From positions 160,001 to 224,000 of the forward strand of contig OZ244561.1 in assembly GCA_965217585.1 (NCBI GenBank): a DNA stretch of 64,000 nt. The letters are read 5' to 3'. This stretch comes from Candidatus Latescibacterota bacterium. GTDB taxonomy: Bacteria > Latescibacterota > UBA2968 > UBA8231. Under the pieces are notes generated by a model. That model saw only the letters and a list, made by a program, of their open reading frames with translations, was not told the DNA's origin and searched no databases. A program made the translations under genes and the position numbers. Positions 17,967 through 27,802 of this stretch are shown piece after piece (within the stretch, counting starts at the first letter, position 1; each line of letters starts with the position of its first letter).

Positions 17967-20231
17967 CTACTGGTACGCAGCATAGTGCACGGAAAGCCCA
18001 TACGAGCGGCCCGGCAGCGGGTAGCCCCACAGATCGGCTACTTGATTGTCGGTCAGGTTGCGCAGTTCCCAAGACAAGGCGATGCCCTCGACCAATGGCA
18101 CGGTGCCGCCGAGGTTGTATAGGGCGCGGACGGGCACGGTGCGCAGATTGGCCCGGTCGAGGAAATGCCGGCTTTCGCGGCTAAATTCGCCGTATAGCTC
18201 AGCACGGCCTAGGTCGAAGGAGACGCGCGTATTGAGCCGATGACGCGGCGCATTGGGCAGGTCGTTGCCCCGTTCAAAAGAGAACGGAGTGCGGTTTTCG
18301 GCGCGCTGATACGCGTAATTCCCACGGAGCACCAGCCTTGGCAACAGCCGCGCTTCGACCCGAGTCTCCGCGCCGCGCAGCAAGGCCCGGCCCATATTGT
18401 GGGGCCGCGACACCCGCTGTGAGTTTTGTATAAAGCGAATGAGGTTTTCAACGCGATTGCGATAGTACACGACCTCGGCCAGAACCAGCCCCACTCCATC
18501 GGCGGAACGCCGGAAAACCACGCCCAGATCCCAGTTGTGCCCTTCTTCACTGACGAGGTTGGTGTTGCCGATCACCGCGCCCCGGTCGCCGAAAAGTTCA
18601 AAGAAATTGGGTGCGCGCTGATAGCGGCCGTTGTGGGTCTTGAGCGCCAAGCCAGCACCTAAGTCCAAGGCCGCGCCCATGCGGTAGCCCCACAGGATTT
18701 CGCCGTTATCTCGGCTCGGCAACACTGCGCTAGGCGCGAAGTTCTTCCGATCGAAAAAGCGGTCGTCAAGCCCTTCTGCCTGCGTGCCGGCATTGAGGAT
18801 CAAGCGCTGCCCCAACGGCACCTCCACCTCGGTCCCGACGGCCAACGCTCGGCGGCGACTGCGCAAGAACCGACTGTCGGGCCGGAGCAGATCGTCGGGC
18901 ACAAAGGTCTCGTGCCGGGCCGCGACAAAAGCAGTGAGCAAAGATTGGCCGGGCAGGAGAGCATTCACTTCGCCGCGCAGGCCCAAGCCCTGAGTGATGT
19001 TGCGGTCGTGTTGGCGGCCTATGCCTACTTCGCCGCGCCGATCCCGGTACTCGTCTTTTTCGCGGGAGAGGTGGGCTTTGAGCCGGTACCCGGCGCGGTC
19101 GTGGCCCAGCGGGCCGAAGAGCGCCGCTTCGGCGATATGACGCCACGTGTCGTAACGAGTGTGCAGCGACTGGTTGTTGCCAATGCCGGGAATGCCTTTG
19201 TAGCTCAGGTCAAAGGTGTTGTGAATCTGCAAGCGGCTGGCACCCAAGCTGCGCCCGATTTTGGCCAAGCCGCGCAAGCCGCGAAAATCGCTGTTGAGCC
19301 GTCGCGCCCAGCCGTCGTCTTGGGCGTTGTACTCGGTGCCGTTGTCATCCCAAAAGCGGAAGTCGTTGCGGCTGGCTCGGTAGTTGACCAAGCCCAAGTA
19401 CTCCCAGCCCTTATAGGGGCCGCTGAGCGAAGCACCCAGTTGGCGGGTGTCGTACGAACCGGTGGCCGTGTGCAAGCGCGTGCGGACTTTGCCACCGAGT
19501 GGCTGCGTGCGGATGTGGACCACGCCGCCGAGGCTGTTGCCGCCAAAGCGCGACGGCACCGCGCCCCGGTATATATCGACGCTTTCGACGCCGCCGATGG
19601 GCAGGCCGCCTAGATCCACGCCACCGCCCACAGCTTGGTTGAGCGGCACCCCATCGAGGAAAACTTGGACCTGTTCGGCGGTGGACCCGCGAATGGAAAG
19701 GGTGCTAAAACTGCCCAACCCACCGTAGTGGCGGATGTTGACTCCAGTAGCGCGGTCTAGGGTCTGGGCTAGGTCCGCGCCGGGAGCGCGCCGGTTGCCC
19801 AAAGCGATGGTTTCGACGAAAGAGGCAATGTGCTTGCCCTCGGGGTCGCGGCGGGCGCGGACCACCAACTCGTCCATGAGCATGGGCAGGGACTGCAGAT
19901 GCAACTCAACTGAGGTGGGAGCTGCGCCGATCTGGATGTGGCCTTGCAGGGGCCGGTAGCCCAGCCGTTCCACGCGCAAATCCCAAGTGCCTGTTGATAG
20001 ATTTTCGAGCCGGAAGGTGCCGGTCGTATCGCTGCGGACGGAACGGATTGCGCCGGATGGGGCGCTCAGCGTCAATACGGCACCGGACACGGAACGTCCC
20101 GCGTCCGGGTCGAGCAACCGGCCTTGCAGGTCCCCGGCTAGGAGAACCTCGGGGTGCAGGGCCAACAATAGGGAAAAAATAAAAATGCCCGCCCTCGTTC
20201 GAGAGCGGGTCTGGGTGCTTGTACTAGGCAC
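17967..20231 (-). CDS. btuB: TonB-dependent outer-membrane receptor, probably cobalamin (BtuB-like)
   Basis: N-terminal carboxypeptidase-regulatory-like domain, plug motifs 'SIRGSTAEQVQVFLDGVPLN' and 'GGVVHIRT', C-terminal 'GYPLPGRSY'; directly downstream of a cobalamin riboswitch. Confidence 0.85.
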   Translation of the reverse strand: MPSTSTQTRSRTRAGIFIFSLLLALHPEVLLAGDLQGRLLDPDAGRSVSGAVLTLSAPSGAIRSVRSDTTGTFRLENLSTGTWDLRVERLGYRPLQGHIQIGAAPTSVELHLQSLPMLMDELVVRARRDPEGKHIASFVETIALGNRRAPGADLAQTLDRATGVNIRHYGGLGSFSTLSIRGSTAEQVQVFLDGVPLNQAVGGGVDLGGLPIGGVESVDIYRGAVPSRFGGNSLGGVVHIRTQPLGGKVRTRLHTATGSYDTRQLGASLSGPYKGWEYLGLVNYRASRNDFRFWDDNGTEYNAQDDGWARRLNSDFRGLRGLAKIGRSLGASRLQIHNTFDLSYKGIPGIGNNQSLHTRYDTWRHIAEAALFGPLGHDRAGYRLKAHLSREKDEYRDRRGEVGIGRQHDRNITQGLGLRGEVNALLPGQSLLTAFVAARHETFVPDDLLRPDSRFLRSRRRALAVGTEVEVPLGQRLILNAGTQAEGLDDRFFDRKNFAPSAVLPSRDNGEILWGYRMGAALDLGAGLALKTHNGRYQRAPNFFELFGDRGAVIGNTNLVSEEGHNWDLGVVFRRSADGVGLVLAEVVYYRNRVENLIRFIQNSQRVSRPHNMGRALLRGAETRVEARLLPRLVLRGNYAYQRAENRTPFSFERGNDLPNAPRHRLNTRVSFDLGRAELYGEFSRESRHFLDRANLRTVPVRALYNLGGTVPLVEGIALSWELRNLTDNQVADLWGYPLPGRSYGLSVHYAAYQ

Positions 20232-20275
20232 CGGTGGACCAACCTTTCTGCCGAAGGGTATCGTTCACCTCGGTC

Positions 20276-20460
20276 GCAGGCAGGTCTCCTGACTTCCGGT
20301 TATGTGCCGTCCGACTCCTTCCCGATCCACATGGGGATCAGTGGCTGATGTCGGGGACGCGACGGCTAGTGAGCCGTCAACCGGTCACAGTGGCGGGACC
20401 GCGGCAGATTTGCACTGCCTTCCCTATTCTTCCGCTACGTCTAACAGCGGACACCTGCGC
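20276..20460 (-). ncRNA. Cobalamin (AdoCbl) riboswitch
   Basis: Minus strand reads AATAGGGAAGGCAGTGCAAATCTGCCGCGGTCCCGCCACTGT...GCCACTG...GGGAAG...AAGTCAGGAGACCTGCC (B12 box); precedes the btuB-pduO-ABC operon. Confidence 0.93.
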
Positions 20461-20477
20461 CGTTATTTGATTGGGCT

Positions 20478-20506
20478 ATTAAAAGGGCTGCGTTCGGTTC
20501 TGTCAA
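20478..20506 (-). promoter_or_regulatory. Sigma70-like promoter of the B12 operon
   Basis: TTGACA-17 nt-TTTAAT on the minus strand immediately upstream of the riboswitch. Confidence 0.6.
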
Positions 20507-20641
20507 GAGTGCGCGGAAAAACCCCGTCTTCAGACTCGCGGTCTTTTCCGCGGCGATCATGGCACGAAAGTCCTCGTACACGGCCGAACCCTAACGCTGG
20601 TGAAAGGCCGTGCGCCGTTCCAAGAGCAGTTTAGCCAGCAC

Positions 20642-20812
20642 TTATCTCTCTTGCGAAGTCTGTTTTCCGCGGAGTACTCTGGCCCGATACTTCTCGTCCA
20701 ACTCCTGATAATGGCGGACGAGTCCCTCCGGATCGTTCCCAACTTCTTCGGATATCTTCCGGCGGATAGCTCGAACTCGATCTATCACATCTTTAGAGTG
20801 CTCAGACATCAT
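20642..20812 (-). CDS. Small hypothetical helical protein (possible orphan antitoxin)
   Basis: GGAGGT RBS; 'DVIDRVRAIRRKISEEVGNDPEGLVRHYQEL' resembles small proteins I recall next to PIN toxin genes (not verified). Confidence 0.5.
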   Translation of the reverse strand: MMSEHSKDVIDRVRAIRRKISEEVGNDPEGLVRHYQELDEKYRARVLRGKQTSQER

Positions 20813-21110
20813 CCTCACCTCCAAGGAGTTCCAAGGGCGTCACAAGATACACTCTTCCGCTCACTGTAATCTTCCTTCCTGAAGTGGGTTGACATGAAGC
20901 CGTCTCTGAACCTCCGGCGGCCTTCGCTTGTAGCTCACCCGGAATTTTAAGACGGCTTCTAACCAAGCCCGGCAAGGCCATGTTCATGGCGTGGTCGATG
21001 CCTAGGCAGTTCGCGCTGTTCGACGATTTCGCCGAACAGCCCCTACCGCCCCCAGCAAGTCTTTCCTGTGGCCCAACGCCACAACAAAGGGGTCGGATGA
21101 CAAAGCACTG

Positions 21111-21785
21111 CTAATCCCTCAGTAGGATGTTCTGCTCCTTCAGGCTCTGGATTAGTTGGCTAAATTTAGGCACCAATCGGATCACGATACGTCGGTTAGG
21201 GGACTGTTCATCCTTTGTTCCGGTTAGAACAACCAGCTCCCGCTCGCCTAAGCCAACCGGGACGATATCGAAATTTTCCCAAGTGAAGTCGACCTGCTCC
21301 CAATAGTCCACTACAGTTTGAGATCGTTTCAGAGATAGACTGCGGTTGTATTCCCTCTCGCCGTAACTGTCGGTATGGCCCTCTACCACAATACTGAACA
21401 ATTTACTGTCTTTTTTTTCAATAAACTGCTTTAATTTTTGACCTATTCGCCTGAGCCGATTTTGCCCTTCGACGGGAATATCATCCAGATCGGATTCATT
21501 AAAAGAGAACAAGATATCACTACGCATCACAATAGTACCCTCTTCCACGACGACGTCTTCCCCCCCCATAAATTCCTCTAACTCATCGAGATCCTTCTCT
21601 ATCTTACCCACCAACTCTTCTAGCGTCCGCAGACGGCTCAGATCCACATAATTTTTGATCACCATCACGACGAGAAAAAAAGTGACGCAAATGAAAATAG
21701 CCGTGATTGCGTCCGTGAAAGAAGGCCAGAAATTGAGCCCACTATGGCTACTGTGATTCCTTTTCATCCAGGGCTGCTTTCCCAA
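21111..21785 (-). CDS. ZorB/MotB-like OmpA-domain membrane protein
   Basis: TM segment 'FWPSFTDAITAIFICVTFF' with the conserved Asp; OmpA peptidoglycan-binding motifs 'EGHTDSYG', 'YNRSLSLKRS', 'GLGE', 'NRRIVI'. Confidence 0.85.
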   Translation of the reverse strand: MGKQPWMKRNHSSHSGLNFWPSFTDAITAIFICVTFFLVVMVIKNYVDLSRLRTLEELVGKIEKDLDELEEFMGGEDVVVEEGTIVMRSDILFSFNESDLDDIPVEGQNRLRRIGQKLKQFIEKKDSKLFSIVVEGHTDSYGEREYNRSLSLKRSQTVVDYWEQVDFTWENFDIVPVGLGERELVVLTGTKDEQSPNRRIVIRLVPKFSQLIQSLKEQNILLRD

Positions 21786-21806
21786 GCATTCAGCCGATGG
21801 GCCTGA

Positions 21807-23570
21807 CTATTCCTTGCTATTTTTCTTGAATAATCGACGAATCCAACCCCAATTTCTTCGCGGTCGTACGGTTATAACTTGCGGCGATTTCGCCATGCCG
21901 TCCAACTGTTTTTCTATAGCCTGAGCCGTCGCATGCATGTCTTCAAGCTGGGGGATTACCTGATCGATAGCTTTCAGTACTTGGAGATCCTCGTCCGTTT
22001 TTTTGAACCCTTGATTGATGGCTCCTACCATTTGATCTAGCTGATTCTGCAACGCCCCTGTCGCTTTGCTCAATCCCTGCAGATCTTGGTGAAGCCCTTC
22101 TAAGCCATCTTGTACAGGTTGGTTAGCCCGTTCAAACACTTCGCCTTGTTCCTTACCCAATCTTTGCAGATCTTGGCGAAGCCCTTCCAAGCCATCTTGT
22201 ACAGGTTGGTTAGCCCGTTCAAACGCTTCGCCTTGTTCCTTGCCCAATCTTTGCAGATCTTGGCGAAGCCCTTCCAAGCCATCTTGTACAGGTTGGTTAG
22301 CCCGTTCAAACGCTTCGCCTTGTTCCTTGAGGCCATTACTGACAGCACTGAGCAGGTTCTGGATGTTCGTGAAATGGGGACGATAATCTGTGTCATTCAA
22401 TCCTCTTATCGTCTCTAGAGTCTCCGCTAGGCCGTTTCCTAGAATCTCTATTCGCTCCTCAAATAACTTGGATTGTTTGTCCATCCGCTCATCAAAGGCT
22501 TGAAACTGTCGGGCCATCAGGCGCTCGCTCTCCTTGAGCATAGTATCGACGCTGCCCTTGAGCGCATTCAGAGGCCAGCTTAGCCGCTCAAAGTTCTCGA
22601 TGTGTCGAGAAAACTCTATAGCCGCTCTCATTATTTTTTCCGCCCCCGCAGCTACCGTATCTTTGTGCTGCTCAAAAATCTGCGCGCTCTTCAGACTGGC
22701 CTCGCTACTTTCCTTGAGCTTCGTGCCGCCCTCTTCTATAAGTAAGACCATGCGGGCGTTACTATTGACAATCTCCTTGAGTCTTTTGTCTAAGTATTCG
22801 GAAAGCGCAGTGAAATACTTATCGTATAGGTCGTTTACTGTTTGAGTAAAGACGCGGCTCAAGCGCAACTGAGGCGGGATTACAGCAAACTTGGGAGCGA
22901 TCTTCGCGTTGAAGCACTCTTCCATGTTTGCCAATAATGTGTTCCTACTGTGGAGTAGTGGGCTGTACAGAGCATTGAGGATTAAGGTGGAAAAAAGTCC
23001 TATTATACTGGTAATGAACGCCAGCGGCATCCCGCTTACGGACTGTCCTAATCCTTCTAGGATGGTACTAAATACATCCTCTATTTTTACCTCTTGGCTC
23101 AACGTCGGTGAAATCTGCGCTCCTTGGATAATACCTGGGATAGGTATGACCACGATTATTAAGCCAACGAACGTGCCCAGTAGGCCCAATAGAATGAGGC
23201 TGCTGGTAAGTGAGCGGAATGCTTCGTCGTACCGGGCGAGTTCGTGTTCGATAGAGCCGATAAGACCGTCTACATCTGGAGCTTTATTTTGCCGATGTAA
23301 GGACCTAAAATGTTCGAGCCAACGGACGGCTAGGGGATGCTGGACTTCCTTAATAACATCTTCGGGAGATTGCTCAGTCTTTTCCTCTAGATTGAAATTA
23401 GAATTGCTTTTCTCCCATCTCTCCATAGCACGCAATCCGCTGCGATATCGCCGCGTTTCTCTGCATCCTTGGACAAATAGGACAAGTGCAAATAGGCCGA
23501 CCAAGATAATGAGAGCGATAAAACAGTCCCGAATCTGATCGCTGTTTTGGGCTAAAAAGTCTAAACTCAT
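21807..23570 (-). CDS. ZorA/MotA/ExbB-like membrane protein with long helical tail
   Basis: Three TM helices including 'LLGLLGTFVGL' and 'AFITSIIGL', followed by about 380 aa of coiled-coil-like tail; directly upstream of the ZorB-like gene. Confidence 0.8.
   Translation of the reverse strand: MSLDFLAQNSDQIRDCFIALIILVGLFALVLFVQGCRETRRYRSGLRAMERWEKSNSNFNLEEKTEQSPEDVIKEVQHPLAVRWLEHFRSLHRQNKAPDVDGLIGSIEHELARYDEAFRSLTSSLILLGLLGTFVGLIIVVIPIPGIIQGAQISPTLSQEVKIEDVFSTILEGLGQSVSGMPLAFITSIIGLFSTLILNALYSPLLHSRNTLLANMEECFNAKIAPKFAVIPPQLRLSRVFTQTVNDLYDKYFTALSEYLDKRLKEIVNSNARMVLLIEEGGTKLKESSEASLKSAQIFEQHKDTVAAGAEKIMRAAIEFSRHIENFERLSWPLNALKGSVDTMLKESERLMARQFQAFDERMDKQSKLFEERIEILGNGLAETLETIRGLNDTDYRPHFTNIQNLLSAVSNGLKEQGEAFERANQPVQDGLEGLRQDLQRLGKEQGEAFERANQPVQDGLEGLRQDLQRLGKEQGEVFERANQPVQDGLEGLHQDLQGLSKATGALQNQLDQMVGAINQGFKKTDEDLQVLKAIDQVIPQLEDMHATAQAIEKQLDGMAKSPQVITVRPRRNWGWIRRLFKKNSKE
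22078..22329 (-). repeat. 87-bp (29-aa) tandem repeat, about 3 copies, in the ZorA-like tail
   Basis: TGCAGATCTTGG recurs at 22078, 22165 and 22252; peptide EQGEAFERANQPVQDGLEGLRQDLQRLGK. Confidence 0.92.
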
Positions 23571-23627
23571 GGGAGAGGATTTCTCTGCTGTAGTTGCAAT
23601 TCAGTTACAGGACAGGCACCCTTTTAC

Positions 23628-24578
23628 TCATTTCGCTAGCAAAATCCCAGACTTAACAATTACGTCAGTCCCCCGGCGCAATCCAGGTGTAACAGGTCGA
23701 ATCACTTGACCACGGCCTACCTGAGAATCTTCTCGCTCATCGAAAATTCGGTGATATTCTAGCGAGCGTTCGTCCCCTTGATCCGGCCAAATCAACTCAA
23801 GACCGCGCTCTTGGACAAATTTTTCCAATTTCGCGGGTTTCTGTTTTAGCGATTTTTTCTCGTTGAACAACCGGTCGATTAAAGCGATCAGAGCAGTATC
23901 CCACGGATTACAGAGACTGTCTATCTTAGCTTGGATCATCGTCAATTGACCCTTGAGATCCGATTCCTTCGATATAAGAGAGACCAACTCCAATCCATTC
24001 ACTGCCTCCTTGAGTTTTTCGATGTCCTTGTTAATAGTCTCAGTATCCTGTACCGACGGTATACCCTCCTCGGCTTCTAGTGGCAGTTCGTTGAGCATTT
24101 CTCGGAAACGATCTCGGGTATTTGTAATATCTGAGTATTCTTCATTCCATTTTTCGGAGGCAGCCTGTACTTCTTCTTGGAACGATTTTAGTCTATTTTG
24201 CAGATCGGCCTCTAGCTTTTGTAGTTCTTGAAATTTGGTGTTGGTAGGGATGGACTGGCGGAGCTCTACGTAGTCGTCGTAGGACGCTTGCATAACGTCG
24301 CGGAACTTTGCCAGCCTGTCTCTGAAATTGCTCACATCGTTCAAGAACTCGCCCACCTTTTCTACACAGCTCTCTTCCGCCTCATCGAAGCTCTTGGCTG
24401 TATCGAGGATCTGCGCGAATATGAGGTCGCCGAGACCACCTTTGCGTAGTTCCTCGCGAACCTGTCTTGTCTCGGCGACGATTTCCCGCAGAGCTTGGAG
24501 TTCTTGCTCCCAGTGGGCAACTTCGTTGACTAGAGCGTCAATCTTTTCTTGGAATTCTGCCATAGATATCTTACCCAT
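23628..24578 (-). CDS. Coiled-coil protein with C-terminal GrpE-like head domain
   Basis: Long helical N-terminus; C-terminal 'GLELIWPDQGDERSLEYHRIFDEREDSQVGRGQVIRPVTPGLRRGTDVIVKSGILLAK' parallels the GrpE head; adjacent to Hsp70. Confidence 0.7.
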   Translation of the reverse strand: MGKISMAEFQEKIDALVNEVAHWEQELQALREIVAETRQVREELRKGGLGDLIFAQILDTAKSFDEAEESCVEKVGEFLNDVSNFRDRLAKFRDVMQASYDDYVELRQSIPTNTKFQELQKLEADLQNRLKSFQEEVQAASEKWNEEYSDITNTRDRFREMLNELPLEAEEGIPSVQDTETINKDIEKLKEAVNGLELVSLISKESDLKGQLTMIQAKIDSLCNPWDTALIALIDRLFNEKKSLKQKPAKLEKFVQERGLELIWPDQGDERSLEYHRIFDEREDSQVGRGQVIRPVTPGLRRGTDVIVKSGILLAK

Positions 24579-24646
24579 TTAATCTTTTGCTGATCTTTAT
24601 TTCTTTTTTTGATGTCTTCCTTGTCAGGTATATTACTACAAAACAT

Positions 24647-27600
24647 TCAACTATAGTTAAAGTCCTCGTATTTCAAGTAGTCATCATAGATTTCTTCAAA
24701 ATCACTTCCATCCTTTTCCTGTCCTACCGCGAAGTTGTAATAGAGCTGACCGCGATTGTTTTCGTCGCCTCGAAGCTCGAGCTTGTACTGCCAATAAGCG
24801 GCCTGCTTAAAAGCTCTTTCCTCCAGTGGCATGGGAATAGCCGCCACTTTCTGCCGGTCCGCCTTCAGATTTTTGTAGTTCCAATCGAAAAATTCGTACA
24901 GTGATACCATCTGTGAAGTGCGGGATTGACGCTTGGGGATAACCTTGCTCACATAGGGATGTACCTTTCCCTTCTCTAGAGAAAGCCAGCGATCAAAAAT
25001 GGGCCTGAAGCCTCTCATCATATTGTAGGAACCTAGCGGATAATTTAGTTTGTGTACTCCGGAGACTTCGAGGGGGAACTCTTGATCTTCTAGTAGGGAC
25101 ATTCCGTAAAGAGCCGCTCCCGCGGCTACGCTGACCTTCCGTTCATTATTGGAGTCCAGTGAAGAAAGAGCAGGGGTCGAAACTTCTTTGGTCTCCATGC
25201 CTTGGGCGATCTCATTCACAATCGGCAATTTGGACGAATTGCCTGCCAAGATAAGATGATCCAACTGAAAACCGGATATAATTTTCTGCTTGTAAAGCTC
25301 CTTCTGCATCAAGTCCAGTTTCTTGAAACCCCGCTCCAATTCTCGGCGGAGCACAGAAAGGATAGCGTGATAATCCATAGAGCCAAGTTGCCTTGGTAAA
25401 TCGCTTTTGTTGATGCTGCGCTTCAATCCATTGATCCGGAATACATCACCCTCTTCCCGGCTAGCCAACTCAATGCTGGGCCAGTTCAGTTTCTCCCCAC
25501 TGGCGAGCAGGTCCAGCAATCCCGCATCCCTTGTCTGGCTCACTTCCTTATAGCGCTGTGGGGGAAAACATTCTTGGAACCGCTCATAAGTCGTGCTGTT
25601 TGTCTTTATCATCTCGGCTAACTGATAGAGCTTTAGGAAGTTCGTTTTCACACTAGGATCTTGGGTGCGTAAGCCATCGCGTAGATCCTTGGGAAAGGGA
25701 AAGTGACTGCGATACTGTTCAGGGACGAGTTCCTCATAGAAGTATTTAGCCAAGCAAAATGTCAGCAAGTTCCCCCCTAGTCGATTGTCACCATCGGAAC
25801 CGAGGATTTCCACTTGATCCACTTGATGTTCACCATCACCTATAGTGTAGCGTACGATGGAGATATCGGTCGTCCCCCCACCGCAGTCGAACACCCCAAT
25901 GATTTGTTCATCCATATCATCTTTATGGACAGACTCCTCATCCATATCATCTTCATTGGCCCTAACCATAAGCTGCCATACATAGTACACCGCGATAGCT
26001 TCAGGTTCGCTGATCTCTAGGCGGACCTCAACGTCTCGATCCTGCAAAGCCTTTTCGGCAGCGTTCTGTAGAGCCTGTTTTTGGCGGTTGAATACCGCCG
26101 GATAAGTCAGAAATATCTCTTTGGGCAAGCACCCGGATTCTTCAATGAAGCGCTCTACCATAAACCGGAGGTAAATAGCTACTTGATCCACCGGAGTCAG
26201 ACTGATATTCCGCGTATTAGGAGGATGCCCATTGATCAAGACGCCCGACATCCCGGTATCAATATAGATATTTGAATCATAGGGTCGGTTGAGAGCAGAT
26301 TTGAAACTCCAGCAGATACTGCTCATAGAATTCCAGATATCATTGACGTCGAAGTTGTCCTGAGTGATCCCGGCGACTTGGTCGAATGGCTTACGCCCAA
26401 AGCGCATAATGGCCTCTTCGTTGTTAGTCGCCACCAAGTCATGCTCGTCGGCCTCCAGAGTTCCGAGGATTTCCAGACGTTCGGTTCTCTTCCTAATCGC
26501 CCTAAACTGGAAAACTGTTGGCACTTCGTTGCGAGGCTTTTGGATATCGAGTTCTGCCCAGCGAGGTATTTGTTTCCCATTTTCAATATAGGCCAAGCAA
26601 GAATTGGTTGTCCCAAAATCAATGCCGACCGGACGCTCTAACGATTTTGGGGGCTCTACCTTGACGGTGAACTCACGCTCATCTTCGAACGTCGGTTCTT
26701 CTTCGCCGATGGCCTCTCCCTTGACGATGATCTTGGGCTTGAAGACTCTTTCCTTTTCTAGTCGAGGAATATGGCCCGTCTTTATTTTTAACTGGAGAAC
26801 CAGCGTACTGTCCTCATCAGCATCCGCTGCTGCGTTCCAAGGTCTGAGAGATCGGCCCGCGACCTCTTCAGCGTTTTTGACCTCTAGCCAGGACGTATCG
26901 CTAATCACTGTGTCTATACGTAGTTGTGCGCCTCGTGAGTGAGTAATCTTGGCACTCACGTTTTTCTCTGTTCGGCTGCCGCTAGTAATCGCCGTTTCTC
27001 TGTCAAAAAGCGGCGGCTTGAACTCCACTCTGAGCACCGGCCGAAGAGTGTACTTTAGATTGAGATGAAAATCGACATCACCTCTGTTCTGGATGGGAAA
27101 AACGAGATGTACAGGATGCCCTTCTTCAGACAGAGGCTGATTTTGGGTGAGCCTTACCGAAAGGGCTTTGTCTGGACCCAAGCGGAAAGGGTAGCTTACC
27201 TCTTCCGCCGGCACTATATCCACCACCTGATCTCCCTTGGACAGACGGGGAGGCCTTTCCAAAACCACTTCGCTTGCGGCGCGAAGGGCCAGATCGTGCC
27301 TTTGGGCTTCCTGATTTACCGGCCACAACTGTGAGCCGTCAGTGCCTTGGTCAAACTCTCGCCCCTGCTCGTCAGCCAGCCAGATTCGGGGAGCCTTTTG
27401 GACCCGGTAATGAAATGAAATCGGTGACACCGTGGAGTGCAGGGTCAACCGCCCCCGTTGGCCGTGAGACTCGGCATGCAGCCGACGTATTTCTATTGCT
27501 TCCCCTAGATCCAAGGAGACGGGCCAATTCGCTTCCGAAACCCATGCTCCCCATTCTACTCCATCGAGACGTTCCAGTTCCACGGGTATTTTCCCGGTAT

Positions 27601-27802
27601 TCTCGAACCGCATGATGACTGGAAAGCCTTCGAAAAGCGTCAACGACTCAACGGGCTTGGGAGATACCTCTAGACGGGCGAGTTGAGTCCCGCAACTGCT
27701 GCAAAAGATGATTCGGCTTCCACAAGGCCACTGACAAACAGGACAAGCACCCATCGCCTTATCGACCCGCTCTTGACTCGCTTCCCTAGGCATTGGCACC
27801 AT
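24647..27802 (-). CDS. Divergent Hsp70/DnaK-family ATPase with N-terminal zinc ribbon and beta-rich extension
   Basis: 'VGIDFGTTNS', 'TYPAVF', 'SEPEAIA', 'VFDCGGGTTDISI', 'LGGN', 'LAGNSSKLPIV', 'VAAGAALY'; N-terminal CxxC..CxxC ('CPVC...CSSCG'). Confidence 0.88.
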   Translation of the reverse strand: MVPMPREASQERVDKAMGACPVCQWPCGSRIIFCSSCGTQLARLEVSPKPVESLTLFEGFPVIMRFENTGKIPVELERLDGVEWGAWVSEANWPVSLDLGEAIEIRRLHAESHGQRGRLTLHSTVSPISFHYRVQKAPRIWLADEQGREFDQGTDGSQLWPVNQEAQRHDLALRAASEVVLERPPRLSKGDQVVDIVPAEEVSYPFRLGPDKALSVRLTQNQPLSEEGHPVHLVFPIQNRGDVDFHLNLKYTLRPVLRVEFKPPLFDRETAITSGSRTEKNVSAKITHSRGAQLRIDTVISDTSWLEVKNAEEVAGRSLRPWNAAADADEDSTLVLQLKIKTGHIPRLEKERVFKPKIIVKGEAIGEEEPTFEDEREFTVKVEPPKSLERPVGIDFGTTNSCLAYIENGKQIPRWAELDIQKPRNEVPTVFQFRAIRKRTERLEILGTLEADEHDLVATNNEEAIMRFGRKPFDQVAGITQDNFDVNDIWNSMSSICWSFKSALNRPYDSNIYIDTGMSGVLINGHPPNTRNISLTPVDQVAIYLRFMVERFIEESGCLPKEIFLTYPAVFNRQKQALQNAAEKALQDRDVEVRLEISEPEAIAVYYVWQLMVRANEDDMDEESVHKDDMDEQIIGVFDCGGGTTDISIVRYTIGDGEHQVDQVEILGSDGDNRLGGNLLTFCLAKYFYEELVPEQYRSHFPFPKDLRDGLRTQDPSVKTNFLKLYQLAEMIKTNSTTYERFQECFPPQRYKEVSQTRDAGLLDLLASGEKLNWPSIELASREEGDVFRINGLKRSINKSDLPRQLGSMDYHAILSVLRRELERGFKKLDLMQKELYKQKIISGFQLDHLILAGNSSKLPIVNEIAQGMETKEVSTPALSSLDSNNERKVSVAAGAALYGMSLLEDQEFPLEVSGVHKLNYPLGSYNMMRGFRPIFDRWLSLEKGKVHPYVSKVIPKRQSRTSQMVSLYEFFDWNYKNLKADRQKVAAIPMPLEERAFKQAAYWQYKLELRGDENNRGQLYYNFAVGQEKDGSDFEEIYDDYLKYEDFNYS

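Noticed and set aside
22078-22329. 87-bp repeats as a possible CRISPR array
   Set aside because: Contiguous in-frame coding repeats without unique spacers; no cas genes in the window.
21111-23570. Flagellar MotAB or TonB-energising ExbBD for the neighbouring btuB
   Set aside because: The B subunit has an OmpA domain (not ExbD), the A subunit has a very long tail, no flagellar genes are present, and the pair belongs to the lower-GC operon.
24647-27802. Housekeeping dnaK
   Set aside because: Long N-terminal extension, divergent motifs, no dnaJ or hrcA nearby.
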